This document shows positions 22,813-39,514 of a stretch of 64,000 bases of DNA, piece after piece (position 1 is the first letter of the stretch; the number at the start of each line of letters is the position of its first letter). Origin of the DNA: the human T2T-CHM13v2.0 reference genome, Homo sapiens. The DNA lies in NCBI RefSeq assembly GCF_009914755.1, contig NC_060938.1; one strand, written 5' to 3'. The notes below the pieces were generated by a model. That model was given only the letters and a program-made list of their open reading frames with translations. It searched no databases and was not told the origin of the DNA. A program made the translations under genes and the position numbers.

Positions 22813-24009
22813 AGACAAATACTTTTAATGTAAGCATCTAGGGATGCTTGTCCACATAAAACTATAAATATTAATAAAATAAGCATTAAGAAATCTTACA
22901 GAGAAAGGTGTGTGAACTAGAAGAGAAAAAGGCAACAAGAAGCAAACAAAATTAGAAAATCTTTCAGAAGGATAATTTAAGAGCATAATTGAGAAAAAAA
23001 TTGGGGTATAGAAAGAAGAGATAGAACAATAGTTTGAGGGATCTAGAATTTTTCTGGAGGCATACAAGAAGGCTTCCCAGCTACGTGTGTACCTAATTGT
23101 TTCAGAGATAAAAAGAAAATGGAGAGAAGGGAGAAAGGGATATGCATGAACTTTCTAGTTAGACTAGGAACGAGAAGTTAGATAAGAAGGAAATACAGCT
23201 TTATAGAAAGTCATGCAGAAATAAACCCTACACTGGGAAGGCCTGCACTAAGGGAACTGGACAGGAACACCTACAAATGAGAAAATTCCTTTAGCATATT
23301 TTTCAAGCTATGAATATAGCTGAACTCTATAACTTTTCTATTCCTTTTTTCAATGAGTATTTATCATGTACCTACTCTCTGTCAGATATTGAGCTAACTT
23401 CACCGGTGAGTAAAACAAAATGGCCCCCAGTCTCACAGAGCTAGTAGGAGTTGAGACAAGCATTAAACAGTCATGCAAGGAAATAATTAATCACAGCTTG
23501 TGATAAATCAGACGTGTTGTGAAGGGGAAAGAATCCACAGAGTGAGAGAGTGTAAAAGGGACCTCATGACACTGTGGAACTGTTTGCCTACCACAGTCTC
23601 CATATTTACTGCTCATACCTCAAGATTCCCTCTTCGTAGTAAAGGGAGTTGTTGCAAATGATCCAAAACAGGGGATTAGTGATGGAGAGAAACAACCCTG
23701 CAAGGAGGCTAGGGAGGTGCCAATGAACTTGGACTTCACATACATTGGCTGTTTTCTACTCCTGACAAAGTTTCCATTGGAGGCCTCATGGCAGAATCAG
23801 GGCAAGTACCTTGACATCCTAGGGGACGTGATCTCATCTAAGTTTTATACAAATGCCTCCAGGAAATGCCAGCTCCAATTGTGTGTTGTGGACAAATAAA
23901 TGCATACATGATTCATTTCCTTATTCATCTATCACTTATTTATGATTATTAAAGAGGAGCACTGTTCCTTCATTTGATTAGAATGGATTTGCTTAGAAGG
24001 ACTACACTG

Positions 24010-24454
<445 letters not shown>

Positions 24455-24959
24455 CTATTACCTTTCATGAAGAGACTGGGCTGTTTAGCTATGCAAATGA
24501 AAGCAGATGTAGGCATCCCAAGGCTGTGACTCCAGGGACACATGCTCCATAAGATAAAGTAGTCAACAGTGCCCCACCCTTTGGTAGGGTTGCATCTCTG
24601 TAGATACTATTTCCTTTACAAGAGTATTCTCTTTAAAATGCAGTTCTAGATTCCATTGCTCCTGCAAAGTGTTTAGTAGAGATATGCATGAACAGTTTGA
24701 ACAGTTCTTCTCAGAGGACCAGAAACTGAGAATCTAAAAGCAACAAAAGAAGATCTCCAGGCCTCCTGATGTTCACCCCATGTTAGGAGAAAGATTAGAA
24801 AATGGAATTGGATCAACCCTGGTGACGCTCAGCCTGTGGTGTATGGTAAATGATTATCAATGATACTGCCATAGGTCGCCCAAGCCACTCCACTATCATG
24901 CTGTGACCAAACAGAGCTAATGTGATCACAGGGCATGTCCACGTCAGAGGATCCTTGTC

Positions 24960-26040
24960 ATTCTTTTTGCCCACCAATAATTTGAACATCCTTCTTTAGT
25001 TTGGTGAAAGACAGAGACCTCCTCCCAGTACAGAAGCTGCAATGTACCACCTACTGACTTTCCCAGCCTCTCCTGCTATGAGGAGACAAGCATGTGACCC
25101 AGGCTTTCCCAGCCATAAAGACATAATTCAGACTTTGAACCACACCCATGCAGATGTAACAGGGTTAAACCTTGAAGTAGTCATCTAAGAGTCCTCTGTC
25201 CTCCGTCCTCCTCTTTCGTCTCACTGGCACCCGCCACTCCCCAGACCATTCTGAAAAGAGGTGTGGAGATTCTCAGAGGCAGACTTACAGAACCACTTTC
25301 TCCTCTTCCAGACAGTAGGCAAGACCGGGTTAGGAACACAGACAGAGAGAAGGCGGAATGGCCACTCAGCCTGGAGCAAAAGTACAGTGGGAGGGACGAG
25401 ATCTTCCTAGAGTCTTCCGGTTGCGGGGGGTGGGTGGTGGGAAGCAAAACGTCCAGTCTGGAGGCCAAGAGGAAGAGACTAGATGCAGAGCTTTCTGCTG
25501 GTGATTCACCACCTGTGCACAGCCCAGCTCTCAAGAGTCCTGGATCCTCCTAGGTCCTCCGACAGAGGGTGAGGGACTGGAACCCTGAGTGGGGTGGGCA
25601 TGGAAGGTAAACCTTGCCCTTGATCAAGATGGAAGTGAAAGCATCAGCGGGGAGCTTCCATGGGAGGTGGGGTGGCAGGCAGGAGCAGACATATCTTGGA
25701 TGTTATATAAAGAAACAGGGACCCTGTGGAAGCCATTCCAGGGATGGTGGTACCAATGTTGGTATGCCCCACTCCAGGAGCAGTCACAAGGATGGTTCTT
25801 GCAGCAGCATCCAGGGGCCACCGCCCTGTATATGCCCAGGCAGACACAGCAGTGGCTTCCTCCGGGACCAGTTCCATGGTGTGATTTGGTCATTGTTTTT
25901 AACAAGGTACCTTCCCAGTTTGGGTTTCCAACCATCCCAAGGATTTGGTAGCTATCCAATATCCTTTTTAAAATTATTTTCATTTTTGTTTAAATTAGCC
26001 ATAGTTTCTCTCATTTTGAGCTAAGCTGCCTGCCTGCAAC
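24960..26040 (+). mobile_element. Old ERVL/MaLR-type LTR (LTR33/MLT-like) interrupted by a GC-rich segment
   Basis: ctttcccagcctc..gcatgtgacccagg at the 5' side; agctatccaatatcc..ttaaattagcca..tgcaac at the 3' side. Confidence 0.5.
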
Positions 26041-27364
26041 AGCTACTCCTGGAGGTCAGGGCAAGCTGGCTTCAGCTGCCTCGAGGCAGGTCAAGGACAC
26101 AGCTCAATTGGACACCCTGGAACAGGCCTGGAATTCTGGGCTCCAAGAACAGCCAGACTGTAAGCAGATGTGATGTAACTGCTGTGGGTAATATCTCTCT
26201 GACATTCCTAAATCTTAAAAGTCTTGTTACAATGTACAGCTGGTGTCAGCTGCAGTTTGGAAGGTGTTGTATCTATTCCTGAGAATCTAGTGTTACCGGG
26301 GAGAGTGGTGTCCGTCTCCCTCAGCTCTAGGACAGCAGGACAGTAGCACTCCCCCTTCTGAGGCAGAAGGATCTGTCACCTGCAGAAGGTGGGTAGCAAA
26401 ATTGTCATGAACGATCAGTGGTTAGAGCAGAGGTCAGCAATCCAGAAGGAGCTGATGGAGTAACACAGGGAAGGCACAGGCTGTGGCCAGGACACGGTGA
26501 CAACCCCTGCCAGTACCCGAGGGCAGGGAAACTTGGACAGGGTAGGTAGCAGGTGGGAGGGGTACTGTGGGGCCAGTGGAGCACCAGGCATTGGGGCCAA
26601 ATGTAGATGCAGAGAAAAGATTCAGAAGTACGATTATCAACGTGTTAGTGGTGGATTTCTTTGGACAAAGGATATTTACAGGATTTTACTTTCTTCTTTG
26701 CACTCCCCTGCATTTTCCAAGGCCTCTACAGTGACCATGTATACTCTTTGTAGTCTTTGTGATGAAAGAAAAAGGAAAAGGGGGAGAGGTAGGAGAGAGC
26801 GAGAGGGAGAGGGCTAAGAAGAGAAGGGAAGGAGAAAACGAGCAACATGCTCAAGAACATGGCAGAGGTTCCCTCGAGAAATAACAGCACTGTGCCCTTG
26901 AAAATCATTCACTTGGTCCTTCTTCCTTTTGGAAAAGGAGTGACAACCCTTCCTTGGAGGGAAAACTAAAAGAGAAAAGGAGGAAGAGATAATCCCCATG
27001 GTAACATAAGAGGGATGGGCCTTGTCTGAGCCTTCAGGATCCCAGGAATGTTTGCCAAAGGTGGCAGTGGGAGAGCTGTAAGGACCTGGCCATGATCCAG
27101 TTCAAGAAATGCATCCTGCCTGCTGCCTCATGCTGCCTCCTCCTCCTCCTCCTCCAGAATACGTCAACCCACTTCTGAGGAAACTGTCAGGGACCCCACC
27201 CCCCGCCATTTCCCCCAACTCCCCCCTACCCCCGCTGCAGGCAGGTAGTTGCTGACCCCTCTCTCTTGCTGTAGTAGCAGTTAGTTTGCAGTTCTGGAGA
27301 GACTGGATGGTTTATTGGTGCCCCAATACTGCTCCATTTTATACTTCAGTGCCTTTTTCAAGAT

Positions 27365-28475
<1,111 letters not shown>

Positions 28476-28867
28476 CGTAGTGCATTTTTCTACAGCTGCC
28501 TCCTCTATTTTAGCACCTCAAGAAAATATGAGAGTACTGTTTAAAGCAAATATTCTATAAAAACAATAAAACCATTCATCTAGCAAGAGATAAACTGACA
28601 GGATTTTATAATTTGGAATTCTAGTAAAGGTACATAACATAGAAAGGTATAGTCAGATGGATGTACACACACATATGCATATAATAAATATTTGTGGAAT
28701 AGAACTGAATATTAATAGCATGGGAAATACATCAAGGGAAGAGGCTTAACTATTGGAACATGGCCATTTTCACGAGAATAGAAATTAAATATGTAAATTC
28801 TTGAAAGTTACATGGGAGCCCCCTGGAAGCTCTGTTTATAACCCTGTTTAGATTACAACACCCTAGG

Positions 28868-29551
28868 AGGTGGTCTCTAAACTTGTTAGGGTGTTTGCGG
28901 TTGTCACAACTGGAGGGGCACGTTTGGCATGTACTGGGAGGAGGTCAAAGACGTTCAGATGTCCTGCAATACAACAATCAGTGCCACAAATCACAGAACC
29001 ATCCCACATTTAGCATGAGCTTTGAATGTCCCACTGAGAAAAACTCATGTCTACAATTATCTGAGCCAAGAACCTAACTCCCTTTTACATGTGAAGACAC
29101 ACACACAAATTGTTTGCATCTTTTCAAAGTTGACCAAATTTTTTAAGAATCTGACTCTAATGTAAATAGATTAGCTGGAACCTTGCTGAGAGTTGTTCTC
29201 TATTTTGGAAAACCACACCACTGGAGAAAAAGTCCTTTGTGACATCTTAGTCATCAACACAACATACCTGAACCAATCTGCATTTGGAGATATTGCATTC
29301 TACGTATAGATGCCAAGACTCACTGCTTCAGCAGGTCTCCTAGGGTTTCATAACAGAGCACCTATTATTGAAACATTACTTTCCATTTATTTCTCCTTTA
29401 TATTATAGCTAGAAAATTTGCATTGAATTTTTCAGAATTATCTGTATTGGCAAAGTGCACTGTCTCTGAAATTCATTTCAATGTAGTAAAGGAGTATTCA
29501 TAAATATATGCTATAAAAGAATATTGGATATTACAGGGTTCAGAACCACTG
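28868..29551. mobile_element. hAT-Charlie DNA transposon remnant (MER20B-like)
   Basis: MER20-like 5' part (ggttgtcacaactggaggggc) and terminal agaaccactg. Confidence 0.5.
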
Positions 29552-29737
29552 GGTGAAGGTAAATTGTATACTGTATTTAAGAAGATTGACTTGATAAGTC
29601 TGTAGAATTACACTTCTAAGTATAGCCTGATGAGGTAAAAGTGTCTGCATATGAATACCATTGGCAATAAGCATTAGCAGGGAGCAGCTCCCTACAGACC
29701 CATCTTTTATTCAAAATAATTGTACTTCAAAGCCTAA

Positions 29738-30108
<371 letters not shown>

Positions 30109-30299
30109 CAAGGTCACTCTGTTTATCTTTTTTTAGAGGGGGATTGTGCAGGATTAGGAGAGTAGGAGGGATAGGGGATGTCTCACTATGCTGCCCAAGC
30201 TGGCCTGATCCTCCAGCCTCAGCCTCTCAAGTAACTGGGACCTAGTCCAGCTTCAAGGTCATTTTCTATATCAAGATGTATAAGGTTATGTCTAGCAAT

Positions 30300-30570
30300 G
30301 TTCATTCATTGATTCATCAAGTATGGATTAAGTGCTCTCTGGGTTCCAGGCCATGTGCTAGCACCTGAAGATGCAGTGGTGAACAGGCAGATGGGACCCG
30401 ACCTCACACAACTCATAGGCTGATGGGGATGCCCACCATCAATACAGTGAGATGAATGTTATTCTTGGGGTCTACAAGATGTTATTTGGGGGGGGTGTTG
30501 ACCTCATTTAGAAGTCAGGAAAAGCTCCCCAAGGAACTGACATTTGAGCTGAGACCAGGAGGAGGGTACA
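30300..30570. mobile_element. L2 fragment
   Basis: ttcattcattgattcatcaag..ccaggccatgtgctag, gacatttgagctgagacc. Confidence 0.65.
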
Positions 30571-32459
30571 GACATTGTTTGAAACACCATAAATATCACA
30601 CGCAAAAGTCTGGAGATGAAAGAATGTGGCACATTCAGTGCAAACGCAGAGATCCACTGACATTCCCATGGTGAAGCAGAGATTTCTCCCCAAACACGAT
30701 CACCAAGGCTCTTACTTTAGGAAATATTAACTATGACAAACTTTTAACATTTTGACCCATATAATCTTTTCAGAAAATTTGGTTGGTGGGTTCCTTTTTT
30801 ATTTCCCTAAAAATAGAAAATAATTTGAATTCAAGACATTTCTAGAAACATCATTAAAGGCACATGATCATTTTTTAAAAATAGAAAGGAGAAGAGAAGC
30901 AAATGTGTGCTCATCTTCTAGACAGGGGACAATACCATCAACTCTTAAACTCTTCCAATAGTGGCTCACGGAAGCAGGTGTCACATATTTATACAGCCAT
31001 CTGTACAGGTCCTCTTCTTCCTCTTCCTTGGGGAAAAGGTTGATAAGCCTCCAAAGGGTAGATAAAAGAGAGAGACACCTAATATAAATACAGAATTAAA
31101 GGGCTCAGGACAATTGAGGCTTTCTGAAGAGCAGCAGAGTCAAGAAGCATACAGCAATGTCAGGAAAAGGATGCCAGAAAGAAAGTGGTAATAACATTGC
31201 AAGAATACCATATGGCATTTACATGTCATGTACTGCATTTTAAATGTTGATACTTGCTTTTTTTTTGTTAGCTCTGGTGCCAACTCTGTTATAGTACACA
31301 GCAAAATTTATTTTTTAAAAAAAATCACATGGAAGTTCTCTGTAATCTATTTTCAAATTGTAGATAAATTCCCTTTTATTTTAACCACATGATATCTATT
31401 CCTGATTCTAATTGCTCAAGCTAATCTGCAAAATAGTTTAGAATGAGAAGGGACAGTCCTGACAACTGAGACGAGATGCCCGATACACCCATTTGTGACT
31501 ACTCGGGAGTGAGAGGGGACCTGGGGGTGGGGAGTGGATAGGTAGACAAACAAATATTAATAATAATAATTTAGTATCAGTTCTTTCAAGCATTCCCCAG
31601 GCTCGTATAGAAAGACTGCAGATGTTGTTCATGGTGAAATTCACTTCTGCCAAGGAACGGAAAAAATAATGGAGGAAACATCACTCAATCTGAGAGGGGA
31701 AATGATGTAATAATACAGTATCTAAACAGAAGAGACAGTGTTTGAGCTCAGTAAAACCCATCTTCCGAGGATCCCTTGTTGGTATTTGAAGGGCCAGGCT
31801 TCTTTTCGGAGGAAACTTTAGTCTTCCTTTAGGATCTTTTAGTAACACTTTGATGCATTTTTATAAAAATACAAACTGGCCCTTGTTTTCAAGATCTGGT
31901 AAGAGCACGGGCAAGCTGAGAGGCAGTCAGCATGTAGCTAAAATAAATTCTTACTCATTCTTGGATTTTTTCTTCTTTTTTTACTAGAATCTGCGTATGT
32001 GGTAAGATCACATGAGCACATCTGCGTGAACACTTGCAGCCAGTGAAGTGTGGCCGACGACGAAGAAGACAACCTGCCTCCTTCACGCAGACCGAATGGC
32101 AACGGCATCCCCTGGGGGAGCCCCAGAGGAGCCGACGAACCTGCCGTCTGCACTCTTGCTTGTGCTGTTTGCCTTTCGAAAGGGCTCGCTGCATCGCGGC
32201 CAGTGCATCTTCTCCTCCCAAGGCCATGCTTGATGGCTGAGGTCCTGTCCCAGATACAGACCCTGTTGCCCATGGGTTTCTTTCTCTCTGTCGCTACCCT
32301 TTCTGGGGCCCCCTCCACTTCTCCAGCCCCACCCACCTCCATGCCCATTTCCAGGAAGGGTAGGACAGAGGGCAGCATCAGCAAGCATCTCTTCATTTGT
32401 GAAGCTTACACATCCTGGGTGCTTGGAAAAAGACCTGGTTCGTGTCTCTCTCCTCTCTA

Positions 32460-32890
32460 ATCAATTCACAATCAATAAATATTTACTGAACACCTCCAAA
32501 GCACTTAGCACTGAGCAGGTCCTACAGGGATACAGGCCAATAAAGGCACAGTAACATTTAGCTTTAAGCCCCTATGCTTTACTTGAGCAGAACAATCCAT
32601 TGGCAAGACAAGGCAGGTGCTTGTGTGATGTGAAATATACAAGCTAGACTTAACAAGTCCCTCTCTGGGCTCCCATAGCTAACAGTGTTCTACAATAATA
32701 GTGAATAGCATTGATTGAGGCTATGTGGCAGACACTGCTCTCAAGTGTCAACTAAGTGCCAAAACAGACAGGAACCATTATTATCCTCATTTTTTCAAAT
32801 AAGAAAACTGAGGCACAGCCTGAGGTCACATAGCTGATAAGAAGTAGACATAGCATGGATCATTCACCCAAGGTGGTGTGACTTCAGAGC
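32460..32890. mobile_element. L2 and MIR fragments
   Basis: caataaatatttactgaacacct (L2 tail) and attattatcctcattttt..gaaaactgaggcacag (MIR). Confidence 0.6.
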
Positions 32891-33479
32891 CTGCCTGCCC
32901 TAGCCCTGGTATCATTCTGCACAATATTATGGACACTGGTCTTGATGCATGGCTGTTTTCTCCTTAAGAGAAAGGACTATCCCTTGTTTATTGCCACATA
33001 TCCCTATAGTGTTGAGAACACACACAAAAAAGTGTTATTCGATAATTGTTTATCAAGTTGACCTAGCGAGGAGCATGAAGGAACAGCCACAGTGAAGAAC
33101 AGAAAAGTGAACCATGATTGGGTGAATAAAAGGATTTCAGAGTAGAAAAAAGGTCTGGTGGAAACTGGATGTCATCCGTATGCAGAGGCCCTAGTCGGCC
33201 TGGCACTGAGCCACCCGTCCTCCCACCAGCTCTGCGCACAGGGCCCAAGCTGACGAGTAGGAAGGAAAGACTCACAGGGACACAGCTGTAGGTTAGGGCA
33301 GGGAGGGAGACAGGGAAGGTGCAAGAGGGAAGCAAGGCTAACGGCACAGCCTCTCCACTTAGTCCCCAGAGTGATAGAACAGCAGCTATGGGAGCAGCCA
33401 GGACTTAGAGGCAGTCAGACAGCAATTTACCAAACGCTGTCATTTGGGCCTATAAAAGTTAAAGGAAAAAAAAAAAAAA

Positions 33480-34175
33480 AACAGAAAAAAGCAAGTGTTG
33501 GTGAGGAAGTGGAAAGACAGAATCCCTGGGCATTGTTGGTGGGAATGTGAAATGGTGCAGCCACTGTAGAAAACAGTGTCACGGTTCCTCAGAAAAATTA
33601 AATCTGTAATTATATGTGACTCAGCAATTCCACTGCTGGGTATATGTCCAAAATAATTAAAAACAGGGACTTGAATAGATGTTTATACACCCATGTTCAT
33701 AGCAGCATTATTCATAACAACCAAAAAGTGGAAACAGCCCAAAAGTCCATCAACAGATAAACAAATAAGCAAAATGTGGTATATACAGACAGGGGGATAT
33801 TACTCAGCCTTGAAAGGAAGGAAATTCTGACACATGTGCAATATTCATGAAGCCTTAAAGACACTGTGCTAAGTGAAATAGGCCAGACACAAAAGGACAA
33901 ACACTATATGACTCCATTGACATGAGGTTCCCGGAGTGGTGAAATTCATAGACACAGAAAGTAGAATGGTGGTCACCAGGAGCTGGGGGAGAGGAAATGA
34001 GCAGTTATTATTGAACAGACTCAGAGTTGTCATTTGGGAAGATGGAAAAGTTCTGGAGATGATGGTAGTGATGGTTGCACAACAATGTGAATGTACTTAA
34101 TGCCACTGAACTGTACACTTAAAAACAGGATGGTAAATTTTATGTTGTGCACACTTTAACACAATAAAAAAAGGC
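33480..34175 (+). mobile_element. L1 3' end (L1MB-type)
   Basis: aagtgttggtgagga..ggtgggaatgtgaaatggtgcagccact..gtgaatgtacttaatgccactgaactgtacactt..caataaaaaaa. Confidence 0.88.
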
Positions 34176-34251
34176 ATAAAGAAAATCTTGAAGCAGGCTC
34201 TAAAGTATCCTACCAACTCCTGGGAGTAACTTAGAGGAAAAGAAAACTTCT

Positions 34252-34560
<309 letters not shown>

Positions 34561-34563
34561 CTA

Positions 34564-35188
<625 letters not shown>

Positions 35189-36532
35189 TTAAGGAGACAT
35201 ATTGTTTATTCTGTCCACTGGCAATGCTTGAAACACAAAAGGATTCACTGATCCTTTAAAACGACACCTCAGGCTCCTAGGGGTCCACCACCTATAGGAT
35301 GAGAACTACAGCTATCTATGAGCAGGAGCCTAAAACTCAGCAGTAAACTTCCAAGACATAGTGCAAAACCATTAGGTCAAAACTTATGATGCACAAATGC
35401 AGCTCCTCTCAGAAAATACAAAGCAATGCATTCTCCCCCAGAAATACAAAGTGCACTTCTAACAGGAATGCACATTTCCTGGGCTGGATTCAGTTCAGGA
35501 GAGTGCAGTTTGTTGGCAGCCCTTCACTATGCAAAGCCATCAGAGCCTGCTCAGCATGGGGCTGCACATGCTTGTCACACTGTCACCTCCCAGGGGAGCT
35601 GGCTCTTTGGGGTGTGATGGTTCAGAACACTGGCACACCTTTCAATAATGATGTGTATTCTAAACATTTTCCCTTCCCTAAGGCAAAAAGTCATAAAGCT
35701 ATCTAGAAAGTATCAATGACTACTGACATGCCAGTCATCTAAAACTTATCCTACAGTGAACACATAGATCACACACCCAGCTCCGTGATGAGCACACTCA
35801 ATTCAATAAGGGCACCTCTCAATTTTCAGGAACCTAATTTGTTAGAAGCTACACCAAAGTAGGTCATTGCTTGCTTGGCTCACAGAAGTAACATGAGGCT
35901 AAATGTAAAAAGAAAAAAAAAATTACGATAATTTTTTAAAAAGTTCTCTATAAGAAGAGAGCAAAGAATTAATATTTTATTAAATCAGTGCATTCCAGAG
36001 GAACCAAACTAACCTGTGAAAATTGGTGATAAAGCATGAACATAGGAAATCATTCACCTATTATGCTGATTTTATAATACTAGTAAAAATGTGATTGCTA
36101 ATAGAATTCTTGCATTAAATTCATAACTCAAAAGCACCTGGAATCTTTAAATACAGTTTACCATGTTGTAGACCTAAAGCATCACTAGACTTTCACTAGC
36201 CCCAAAATGCAAAAATATAAAACCTTTTATTAATACTTAATGAAACCCCTGGGATTCTAAGAAGTGATTATCTCTTCAATGAGAAAGACCTCACTGATAA
36301 TGAATACCCATAAAATTTTCTAGATAGTTTCCTCTATCAGAGATGTTTTAAGAGTTTCAGAAGCCTTAGGGAAAACCAGCCAAATCTGAAAGATATGAGG
36401 AAAGAGCTAAAATGGCTCTTAAAAGGAAGAGATATTTAATACTACTTGACATAGCAGACCTTGAGTTTAGGACTGAGTTAAATCCCCAGTGGGAATTAAA
36501 ATCTTGGTGGTGATGGTCTCAAACTCTATGCT

Positions 36533-36912
<380 letters not shown>

Positions 36913-37154
36913 TGAGGCATTCTGATGAGCCCAGAAAAAGAAGAATGCTTTGGAGGACAAGGCCAGCTATCTCAGGGCACCAAGAGGCTTGGCTTTGAGC
37001 TGTGCATTTCCTCCTGTTTTTAACATTAAGCAGGTTGTACAAAGTAGAGCAGTGGATGGAAGAAGAGAGTGGGGACTATCTTTGCCTGGCAACTGCTCTC
37101 GCAGAGGTGGGTCAAAACAAGTCAGCTATTGGTACAGTATAGGCCCCTCTTTTA

Positions 37155-37201
37155 TTAGGTTGGTACAAAAGTAATTGTGGTTTTTGACATTACTTTTAAT
37201 G
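37155..37201. mobile_element. Half MADE1 (mariner-derived MITE)
   Basis: TTAGGTTGGTACAAAAGTAATTGTGGTTTTTGACATTACTTTTAATG matches one arm of the MADE1 palindrome. Confidence 0.85.
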
Positions 37202-37827
37202 TCCTATAGTGATACCAGAATATAAACCCATCTTTGTATTAGTCACATAGCAGCAGACATGAGCAAGGGGACACCTAAATCTTAGATTAACCTCCAAGAA
37301 AAGAGAACACAAAGAAAGAGATATTAACTAATAATGAGCTGGTATTAGGGAACTAAAGCAGATACATAAAGAACCAGAGGCTATGATGCAATTCAACACA
37401 CTGAGAGAGAGCATGAAGTCAGAAAACTAAAATCCTTTTAAAGCAGATGAAGACAGGCCCAATATCTTTCTCTCAACTAGCCATTTTTATCTGTCCCCAG
37501 GTCTTACTAAACCTTTTGTGAAGGCTCCTCTGAGCCATCAGATGCTATGCCTACATTGCAAGAGAAAGAAGAAAGGGCATATAGTGGAATGACTAAGTCT
37601 ATTCATGCACTCTGGGGCAGGGAGACCAAGTTTGGAAGTCTAGTTCTGTCATTTATGGGCTGTGTGACCTTGGACAAGTCACAGAACCAGTCTAAGCATT
37701 CCAAACTCATATAATTAAGAAACAATAATGATCTCTTTGGCAGGGTAACTTACTGTACAGCTTACTCTAGGTAAAGCCCAGATAGCCCAGTATCTGGCAT
37801 AATAAACCCTCAAAACAGATTAGCGAC

Positions 37828-38186
37828 TCTATTAGTCCATTCTCACACTGCTATGAAGAAATACTCGAGACTGGGTAATTTATAAAGAAAAGGGGTTTAA
37901 TTGACTCACAGTTCCGCATGGCCGAGGAAGCCTCAGGAAACTTACAATCATGGTGGAAGGCACCTATTCACAGGATGGCAGGAGAGAGAACGAGTGTCAA
38001 GCAAAGGGGTTAAAGCCCCTTATAAAACCATCAGGTCTCATGAGAACTCACTATCACAAGAGCAGCATGGGAATAATCTCCCCCATGATTCAATTACCTC
38101 CCACTGGGTCCCTCCCACAACACATGAGGATTATGGGAACTACAGTTCAGATGAGATTTGTGTGGGGACACAGCCAAACCATATCA
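37828..38186 (-). mobile_element. THE1 (C/D-like) solo LTR, sense to KCNK10
   Basis: The minus strand begins TGATATGGTTTGGCTGTGTCCCC. 5-bp TSD GCGAC/GTGAC. ATTAAA retained at 37896-37901. Confidence 0.9.
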
Positions 38187-38989
38187 GTGACTTATATCTA
38201 GGCTTTGGTATCACAGTGCCATAATACTCAGTATTATCTCAACAAAATCCTCTCAGACAAATGACCGATCCAAGGCTCCCTACAAAGGTTCTGGCATGCA
38301 GATGTTCATGAATAACTTCCCACCCCAAAGTAACAATCAGATTCCCAGAAGTTACCTGTGATCAAAGCTTGCCGGGGGGAAAAGAGAGAGAGAGAGACAG
38401 AGAGACAGAGAGAGACTCTGTTAAAGCTACCTGGAAAATGTTTAAATGATAAACGCTATCCAGGCAGTATTTTAAGTAGTTCTATTTTAGGCAATGTTTG
38501 ATATCTTTACTGTGCATAGAAAAGAGTGAAGATGCACTTTAAAGGCCATTAAAACGTTCTATAATGACCTCAGAAGACAACAGGAAACACCAAAGGGATA
38601 CTGGCCAGTTATGAAAGGTAAGCCAAGAAAGAAGAACCATACATTAGATAAGTCCCTATGGGTCAGTTAAAGTTAGTGCTGAGATGGTTTGCCTAGTGAA
38701 GAATAATAGCAGAACAATTTGTCATTATGTGTACTCATCAGAGTCAAGTCTCCAGGCATTTTTGCTTTCTTGGTGAGAAATGATCTCATTCCCGGAGTAT
38801 AAAATCTGCAAAGCCCTCTTTAAGGACCCATCTGAAGGAGGAGAGTTCTGAGTCGGAATGGCGCTAGCACTGAAAAACTGATTAGGATCATTGGTGGAGG
38901 CACCAGAGCTCGTGTGGAAGATTTGGACAGGGGACCAGGGCATGCACCTGGTAGTCTTTGGGGCAATTGTCCCCTTATATCCCAGTATA

Positions 38990-39210
38990 GCTATGGTCAA
39001 ATTAACTAGGGCGATTTTGCCCCTGAGGACACATTTAGTAATGTCTGGAGACATTTTGGCTGTCATAACTGCGGGCAGTGATGATGCTGGCATCAAGCGA
39101 GTAGAGGCCCAGGGATGCTGCTACACATCTCACAATTCACAGGACAACTCCTATGACAAAGAATTATCCAGACCAAAATGTCAATAGTATCGAGGCTGAG
39201 CAATCCTATG
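38990..39210 (+). mobile_element. MER20
   Basis: gggcgattttgcccc..aatgtctggagacatttt..aaagaattatccag..aaaatgtcaatagt. Confidence 0.88.
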
Positions 39211-39514
39211 TTAAATGAAGGGAGGAAAGAAGGAGCCGTCCATGGAAAAACTGTCATGGACTGTCATTAAGAAATGTTGTGTAGTCTGTTTTGTGGATGT
39301 CATATATGTAGGTCACCCCAAATGTACATTCTGGCCCTATCATTAAAGCTACAGAAAATCCTTAAACTAATTTGGAACAGACTTGATTGATAAAGCTTTA
39401 AAATTATTTGCATTTTCAAATAATTACTTCCTACCTTCTTGCCGCCTAGGAAAAGGAAGAAAGCAATTGTTTACATTAAAACCAGGGCCTTCTCTCTGAT
39501 AAAAATAAACTCAC

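Noticed and set aside
22523-22886. K/E/R-rich ORFs
   Set aside because: Artefacts of the CT-rich tract.
25165-25200. PIP-box-like peptide (LLDDYFKV*) suggesting a processed pseudogene
   Set aside because: Too short, no recognisable parent protein, and no poly(A) tail or TSD.
37155-37201. Possible miR-548-family hairpin
   Set aside because: Only one arm of MADE1 is present, so no pre-miRNA fold-back.
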